Part shown: piece by piece, positions 58,772 to 64,000 of the stretch
How positions within the stretch are numbered: position 1 is the stretch's first letter
How the letters are laid out: each line of letters opens with the position of its first letter
DNA from: Chthoniobacteraceae bacterium
Lineage (GTDB): Bacteria; Verrucomicrobiota; Verrucomicrobiia; Chthoniobacterales; Chthoniobacteraceae
Reading direction: 5' to 3'
Assembly (NCBI GenBank): GCA_037190965.1
Contig: JBBCKI010000028.1
Location: forward strand, 32,001-96,000
DNA length: 64,000 nt
The notes under the pieces: generated by a model
What the model was told of the DNA's origin: nothing
What the model saw: only the letters and a program-made list of their open reading frames with translations
The model's database searches: none
Position numbers and translations under genes: made by a program

Positions 58772-59524
58772 TCAGGCGGGAGAGGAATCCGACGAGAGAT
58801 CAGATTCGGATTTCCACGTCAGCCGGTAGCCGATGCCGCGAATGCTCTGTAGTTGCTCGCCCAAGGGACCAAGCTTTCCTCTCAACCGGCGCATGTGGGT
58901 ATTGATGGTCTTGTAATCGAGGGCTTGTCCGGATGAGCCGGACAAGGCCTTGGTGAGTTCCCGCTTTTCAACGACCAACCCGGGCTTTTTAATGAGCATC
59001 GACAGGAGTTTGAACTCCGTGCCGGTAAGGCGAACCGGATTTCCGAGGACTCGAACATCGTGGGCCACGGGATCAAAATGAAATTGTGGAGTCTGGATGA
59101 TAACCTGCTTCGGCAGGCAATTGCTTCGCCGCAGAAGCGAGCGAACGCGCAGCGCCACTTCCCGACCGACAAAAGGGGCCAGAATGCAGTCGTCGGCGCC
59201 CAGCTCCAGGGAAACGATACGCTCATAATCAGGCCCCTCAGCAAGTACGAGGACAGGGATGCTCTCCCAAGCCGGGTTTCCCCGGATGCGCTTGAGCAGA
59301 TCGAGCCCGGTGATGCCTGCGCTGGAGGCACTTAGAATGATGACTTGAAAGCTTCCAGCATTCAGGACCTGTTGAGCTTCCCTTCCGTCTGCTACGGAAA
59401 TGACCTCCAGTTGATCTTGCGAAAGAGTCCTGGAAATGGCCGTCCGTATAGCTTCATCCGGGTGATGAAGCAACACGACCGGGCTACCGTGGTGGTTTTG
59501 GCTGGTGAGACGAGCTGAGTGCAA
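58772..59524 (-). CDS. OmpR/PhoB-family regulator with degenerate receiver
   Basis: wHTH LTGTEFKLL...TINTHMRRLRGKLG...IRGIGYRL; receiver lacks the acidic pocket, phospho-Asp and Lys; start uncertain. Confidence 0.82.
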   Translation of the reverse strand: MHSARLTSQNHHGSPVVLLHHPDEAIRTAISRTLSQDQLEVISVADGREAQQVLNAGSFQVIILSASSAGITGLDLLKRIRGNPAWESIPVLVLAEGPDYERIVSLELGADDCILAPFVGREVALRVRSLLRRSNCLPKQVIIQTPQFHFDPVAHDVRVLGNPVRLTGTEFKLLSMLIKKPGLVVEKRELTKALSGSSGQALDYKTINTHMRRLRGKLGPLGEQLQSIRGIGYRLTWKSESDLSSDSSPA

Positions 59525-60002
59525 AGCGGCGAATGTTTTTTGCGGCGCGCATTTGGAGTTGTTGAAACTCCTCTCATGCGCGGCTGTTCTCCTGCTAATG
59601 CAATCAATCCTATCCCGAGGCAGACTTCTTCCTCAATGAGAGCATTGTTACATCTTGATGGCGGAACGGCTTCAATTTGGTGTCCGGAAGCGAGATTTGT
59701 GACAAAAACGTTCTTTATATATTTGAAATCAGAGCGAAGAGATTCGATGGCTTTGGTTCAAAATATTCCCGTCGGTTCCCATTAATAAAGGGGTTGAGAG
59801 CAATTGCTGGTTCGGGGGCGGAGTAGTTTTTGGCGAAGATTCATTGCTCCAAATGTATAACTTCCCGACGCCATAACGTTACAATCCGAACCTTGCGATA
59901 AAGGCGATCGTGAGATGAAAACATCTGCGTTGCGCGAACTATGCTTCGGGTGACAGGCGATCCAATCGCCATTCAGATAAAATAGAACCAACCAAAACTA
60001 TC

Positions 60003-60884
60003 ATGAAACTGACAAACTACATTCCCGCCGCGGTGGCGGCTATGGGGATTTGGATCGGGGCAGGAACCGTGCAGGCTCAGAACACTGCACACAATACAGG
60101 CGACCTCATCCTCGCCTTTCAGAACGTAGGCGGGGCCACCGGCTCTGATTCCGTCGTTCTGGTCAGCCTTGGCAATGCCGCCAATCTCTATCGTGGGCAG
60201 ACCGCGAGCACCTTGAATATCGCCAATGTCGGCACATTGCTGACCAACACCTTTGGGGCAAACTGGTGGGATTCGGGTACTGTCTCCATGAGCGCGCTTT
60301 CGGCCTGGAATAGCAGTGGGCTGAACACTTCGCTGCTCGATGGAGACCCCACCCGGACAGTTTACGTTTCGCAGGCGCGTACTGAGGCAGGTGTGTTTGG
60401 CGAGGCGGCTTCGGTCGGGTGGTCGGGCATCAGCGGCAGCAATCTTTCCACGGCGGCAACACGCATGCTTCAGGTTGCGGGCAACCTGGAGGGCGGAGGC
60501 GAAGGTTTTGCTCTGGCGATTTCAACCTCGACTTCGCACTACGACGACAACAATCCCTTTGTTGGCTCGAATCAGGGCACCGCATACACGGTCTTCCCCG
60601 GTGGAACGCAGTACATATTCAACCTTGGAAACTTCGGTGAGTTCGGCGGTGTCCTCGCTGAAGGGGTTCTCGACCTCTATCGCTTCCAGGCCCGCAACGA
60701 TCTCGTAGGCCAGTATGGTTACGGTGAATCCAATGGGGTTGGTGCCTATCAGGGCTCTTTGGCAATCGATCAGAACGGCAACATCTCTTATCTCGCCGTG
60801 CCTGAGCCGGGCTCGATGATCCTTCTTGGTGCCGCCGGCCTGGCGTTGGTTGCCCGCCGCCGTTTCAAAAAGACTGTTTCCTAA
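60003..60884 (+). CDS. PEP-CTERM surface protein
   Basis: Signal peptide; GDLILAFQ; C-terminus AVPEPGSMILLGAAGLALVARRRFKKTVS. Confidence 0.92.
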   Translation: MKLTNYIPAAVAAMGIWIGAGTVQAQNTAHNTGDLILAFQNVGGATGSDSVVLVSLGNAANLYRGQTASTLNIANVGTLLTNTFGANWWDSGTVSMSALSAWNSSGLNTSLLDGDPTRTVYVSQARTEAGVFGEAASVGWSGISGSNLSTAATRMLQVAGNLEGGGEGFALAISTSTSHYDDNNPFVGSNQGTAYTVFPGGTQYIFNLGNFGEFGGVLAEGVLDLYRFQARNDLVGQYGYGESNGVGAYQGSLAIDQNGNISYLAVPEPGSMILLGAAGLALVARRRFKKTVS

Positions 60885-60931
60885 AACTAACACCCGCAAA
60901 CGTTAATAATCGACATAACACCACTTACCTT

Positions 60932-62197
60932 ATGAAAAAGCAGCTTATTCTCGCCGCCAGCGCTTTGGCGCTAGGTTTCATGTCTTCCGCGCAGGCAGAC
61001 GTTGAGATTCGGATCACCGGTGCCTCAGCCTTCAGGCAGGCAACGCTCCGGACCATCAAGGCCAGGTTTGATTCGCAGGGTGCCCTGGGCACTTCCTACA
61101 GCTTCGCTCACGACAAGGCAACCGGTGGAACCAACTATGATGGTTCGACCCGCTCGGTTTGGAAGGGCAAGTTCCCCGGCGTCACCGGCGTTACCACCAT
61201 CCGCTGTAACTTCACCGGTTCCGTTGAAGGCATTCGCGCCATCGCTCTTGGCGGCAGCTATAATGAAACCTACCTGACCGACGCGGCAATCACCGGCACG
61301 GGTGAAATCGGCAATGCCTCTTCGCCCACTTCGCAGATGTCGGCAAAGTTTGCCTTCTCCGACGTTCTGCAGAGCTCCACTCCCATCACCAGCCCGACTC
61401 TTTCCCCTGGTGATCCTCGCGTCGGGGTGGTGACCTTCACGATGCTGGCCAACGAAGGAGCTCCCGCCGGTCTCACCAACGTCACCTCGCAACAGGCTCG
61501 CGCCTTGGTGTCCAATGGCTACCAACCTCTGAGCCTGTTTACCGGTAAAGATACTGATAGTGAGACGTATGTTTTCGCGGTTGGCCGTAATGACGGCTCC
61601 GGAACCCGCACCTTGTACTTGGCTGAAATCGGCTATGGGATCACCAACGCTGTGAACCAGTACGTTTCGACCGTCTCTACTTCCAACGAAATTACGACGC
61701 TGCAACGCACGCCGGCCGGTGGTGCCTACAAATCGACGGTTTGGGGTTCTGACCAGGATGGCAATGGTGGTTACTCCAGCGGCAGCAATGTTCGCGATGA
61801 CTTCGGCAAGACGACGGCATCGCCAACGGTCATCGACGCTGATGGGTCTGAGTTGATTTCGGGCACACCGATTCACCTGATCACCTGGCTCTCCACCGGG
61901 GACGCGAAAACAGCAATCGCCAACGGCGCGAAGGCTCTTGCATACAACGGCGTGTCGATTGATGCGACCGCAGCGCCCTTGAGCGCCGCTGATCAGATGA
62001 AGGTTACAAGCGGCCAGTATACCGCATGGGGCTATGAAAACCTCTACTACAACGGCAGCCTGTCGACTGACGAAAATACCGTCTACACGGCCATCAAGAG
62101 CGGCATCCCAAGCTTGATCGGCAGTTCTGGAGCAGGAATTCCGATGAGCCAGATGACTGTTTCCCGTTCGGATGACGGCGGAACCGTGGCTCCGTAA
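60932..62197 (+). CDS. secreted periplasmic-binding-protein-like (PstS/PBP2-like) protein
   Basis: Signal peptide; ITGASAFR, GSVEGI, FSDV, GRNDGSGTR, GQYTAWGYE resemble PstS-type PBP motifs. Confidence 0.6.
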   Translation: MKKQLILAASALALGFMSSAQADVEIRITGASAFRQATLRTIKARFDSQGALGTSYSFAHDKATGGTNYDGSTRSVWKGKFPGVTGVTTIRCNFTGSVEGIRAIALGGSYNETYLTDAAITGTGEIGNASSPTSQMSAKFAFSDVLQSSTPITSPTLSPGDPRVGVVTFTMLANEGAPAGLTNVTSQQARALVSNGYQPLSLFTGKDTDSETYVFAVGRNDGSGTRTLYLAEIGYGITNAVNQYVSTVSTSNEITTLQRTPAGGAYKSTVWGSDQDGNGGYSSGSNVRDDFGKTTASPTVIDADGSELISGTPIHLITWLSTGDAKTAIANGAKALAYNGVSIDATAAPLSAADQMKVTSGQYTAWGYENLYYNGSLSTDENTVYTAIKSGIPSLIGSSGAGIPMSQMTVSRSDDGGTVAP

Positions 62198-62234
62198 GCA
62201 TCTGAAAAATCGCATTGTCGGTTAGGTTAGCAAT

Positions 62235-62264
62235 GGTGCCGGGGGAGACCCCGGCACCTATTTT
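62235..62264 (+). terminator. intrinsic terminator
   Basis: GGTGCCGGGG-GAGA-CCCCGGCACC perfect 10-bp stem with GNRA loop, followed by TATTTT. Confidence 0.8.
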
Positions 62265-62272
62265 ATGATCCT

Positions 62273-62926
62273 ATGAATAGAGAAATCCTGATTGGCCTGT
62301 CTTCCGGGGCATTGTGTACAGTGATCGGCGCGATCTGGCTCAATGGGAGTTCCCCATCGGAGCCTTCTTTGCCGGTCCAGAGTGACAGCGGTAGGGTGGC
62401 AAGAGTGGCATCAGATTCCCCGATGAACCCGGCTCTGATGTCATCTTCCGACGCTCTGGCCTCTGTCCCTGGAGCGGCGGCGAACGTTGGAAGATCAGCT
62501 TCTGTTCAAAAGGCGAGCGAGGCGCGGGAAGAGGTTTGGAAAGCGAGGTCACAGCAGTCACCTGCAACAAATCCGGCATTGGCAAAACCCGTAGCCATTT
62601 CGGCCTCACATGGAGGAAACGGCACTGATATCTATCAAATAATCGAAGGAGCCATGGCGGATGGATTTCGACTGCCTGCCGCTTTGATTCAAGAGCCGAG
62701 CGGCGACACTTCGGGGCAGCAGCAAGCGGCTCTTGCCCGGATTGAAGAAGAGTTCTTGATGGCAATTCAGGCGGATACAGGCGTGAACGGGGACGTATAC
62801 CAGGATGAGCAATGGGAAGCGGCCCAAGCGAAGGCCGATGAGCGCTACAGGGCTCTTATGGGGCAGGACGCCTACAATTTCAAAGGGGTCGAGTCAGCGA
62901 CGAATACCCTTTGGAGTGAGCCGTAA
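62273..62926 (+). CDS. hypothetical membrane-anchored protein
   Basis: N-terminal TM, low-complexity linker, helical C-terminus (WEAAQAKADERYRALMGQDAY). Confidence 0.65.
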   Translation: MNREILIGLSSGALCTVIGAIWLNGSSPSEPSLPVQSDSGRVARVASDSPMNPALMSSSDALASVPGAAANVGRSASVQKASEAREEVWKARSQQSPATNPALAKPVAISASHGGNGTDIYQIIEGAMADGFRLPAALIQEPSGDTSGQQQAALARIEEEFLMAIQADTGVNGDVYQDEQWEAAQAKADERYRALMGQDAYNFKGVESATNTLWSEP

Positions 62927-62941
62927 GGGATCGTATTTGAA

Positions 62942-63832
62942 CTAGATCTTTCGGGGAGCCGGCTTCGCCCGCATTGCGTCTGCCTGGCTTTGGGCTTTCT
63001 CAACATCGGCTTCTGGGACGTTGGGAAGGACCTCCTGCAACGTTTTCGCAGCGGTGATTTCCTGTTGACCGGCCGCCAGGATCAACCATTTAAGCGCCTC
63101 GATACGCCTGCTTTCATTGGAATTCGCAGGATTGATGAGATGGCCGAGATTGCTTCGGGCTCTGATGTTCCCCGAATGAGCAGCTTTTGTGAACCAAATC
63201 TCTGCGGTTTCAATATCGATCTCCGTACCGAGCCCATCACGAAACATGACGCCCACGGTATTCTGGGGTTCGACCATCCCTGCCTCGGCGGCCTTGAGCA
63301 GCCAGCGAAGGGCCAAATTATAGTCTTTGGGAATCCCGAGCCCGAAGTAATAGTGCTCCCCCAATTCCTGCATCGCTTCATGCAAACCGGCTTCCGCCGC
63401 TTTGCGGATCCAGTCGAGTCCGTTTTCGTTGCGAGCCTCGACGCGCCCGCCTTGAATCAGTTTGCCGAGATTCAGCATCGCTTTCGGGCTGCCAAGTTCA
63501 GCGCCCTTTCGAAACCAACGGGCCGCTTCGATGTCATCGTTTTCAACACCGCCCGTTCCGGTTGAATAGAAGTATCCCACGCCTCCCACCGCATCCGGAT
63601 ATCCTTTTTCTGCGGCTGCCTTCATGAGTTCAAGCGCCATGGCCCGGTCTTCCTTGACGCCTTGGCCTAGAAGGTAACGACGGGCCGCCTGGAACTGGGC
63701 GGATCCATCGGTTTCATCCGATGCGGGGGCGGACGTACGATCGCCGGCTTCCGCGAAGGTGGGAATGGAGAGTGGGGCGAGAGTCAGTACATTGCACAAT
63801 AGCAGTGGGAGAATGAGGCTGTTTGGCTTCAT
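62942..63832 (-). CDS. secreted Sel1-like repeat protein
   Basis: Signal peptide; repeated AA..G...A...LG..Y..G.G units (e.g. AMQELGEHYYFGLGIPKDYNLALRWLLKAAEAG). Confidence 0.92.
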   Translation of the reverse strand: MKPNSLILPLLLCNVLTLAPLSIPTFAEAGDRTSAPASDETDGSAQFQAARRYLLGQGVKEDRAMALELMKAAAEKGYPDAVGGVGYFYSTGTGGVENDDIEAARWFRKGAELGSPKAMLNLGKLIQGGRVEARNENGLDWIRKAAEAGLHEAMQELGEHYYFGLGIPKDYNLALRWLLKAAEAGMVEPQNTVGVMFRDGLGTEIDIETAEIWFTKAAHSGNIRARSNLGHLINPANSNESRRIEALKWLILAAGQQEITAAKTLQEVLPNVPEADVEKAQSQADAMRAKPAPRKI

Positions 63833-64000
63833 AGGTCTCAAATATCAAATTCAACGGGCGTCTTCACGTTACGATTTGATGACGGTGTCGACTTTGCCTC
63901 CGCGCGGAAGAACCTGCCTATTCAATGGAAAGCGACAAATTGGCGACTATTCGATGGGGATTTTGTGAACGCAGGGCATCGATTTTGATGTGGCGGGCGC

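Noticed and set aside
59647..59955. Four GT(T/G)ACA hexamers as Pho/OmpR boxes
   Set aside because: Not arranged as 10-11-nt tandem repeats; could be chance.
1..64000. CRISPR array, tRNA/rRNA, integrase/transposase, riboswitch
   Set aside because: No regularly spaced repeats, cloverleaf-like sequences or mobile-element proteins recognised by eye. An Infernal/Rfam scan of the gaps at 4340-4600, 36130-36640 and 59525-60000 would be needed to exclude ncRNAs.

Overview
GC-rich bacterial window, most likely Verrucomicrobiota (inferred from multiple PEP-CTERM proteins, prepilin/H-X9-DG proteins and a two-domain NDK). Bases 1-9.6 kb are housekeeping genes: a TPP-dependent decarboxylase (runs off the left edge and is missing from the ORF track), rmuC, a NUDIX hydrolase, DUF1328, a thioredoxin, an aminotransferase, ndk, prmA and a LysE exporter. 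About 9.8-58.3 kb is a ~48 kb carbohydrate-catabolism region: GH42, GH20-like, beta-helix, SGNH esterase, DUF4838 and lyase-like enzymes, four Gfo/Idh/MocA oxidoreductases, two GntR and two AraC regulators, and an unusual ABC importer. It has no TonB-dependent receptor or SusC/D pair. Instead it repeatedly places prepilin H-X9-DG genes and PEP-CTERM genes next to regulators and glycan enzymes. I found three dispersed copies of a 21-bp-period direct-repeat operator, each at a fixed distance from a -35-like TTGA, suggesting a locus-wide AraC regulon. Other observations: a frameshifted ASRT-family gene, a stand-alone paralogue of the DUF4838 C-terminal domain, an ABC permease loop with GH42-like repeats, a GTAG REP doublet at the left border, and many apparently leaderless genes. 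58.3-64 kb holds a split PhoB-like regulator pair, divergent from a PEP-CTERM plus PstS-like operon, and a Sel1 protein. No tRNA, rRNA, CRISPR array, integrase or transposase was recognised. All family assignments are by eye from motifs; no database search was run.
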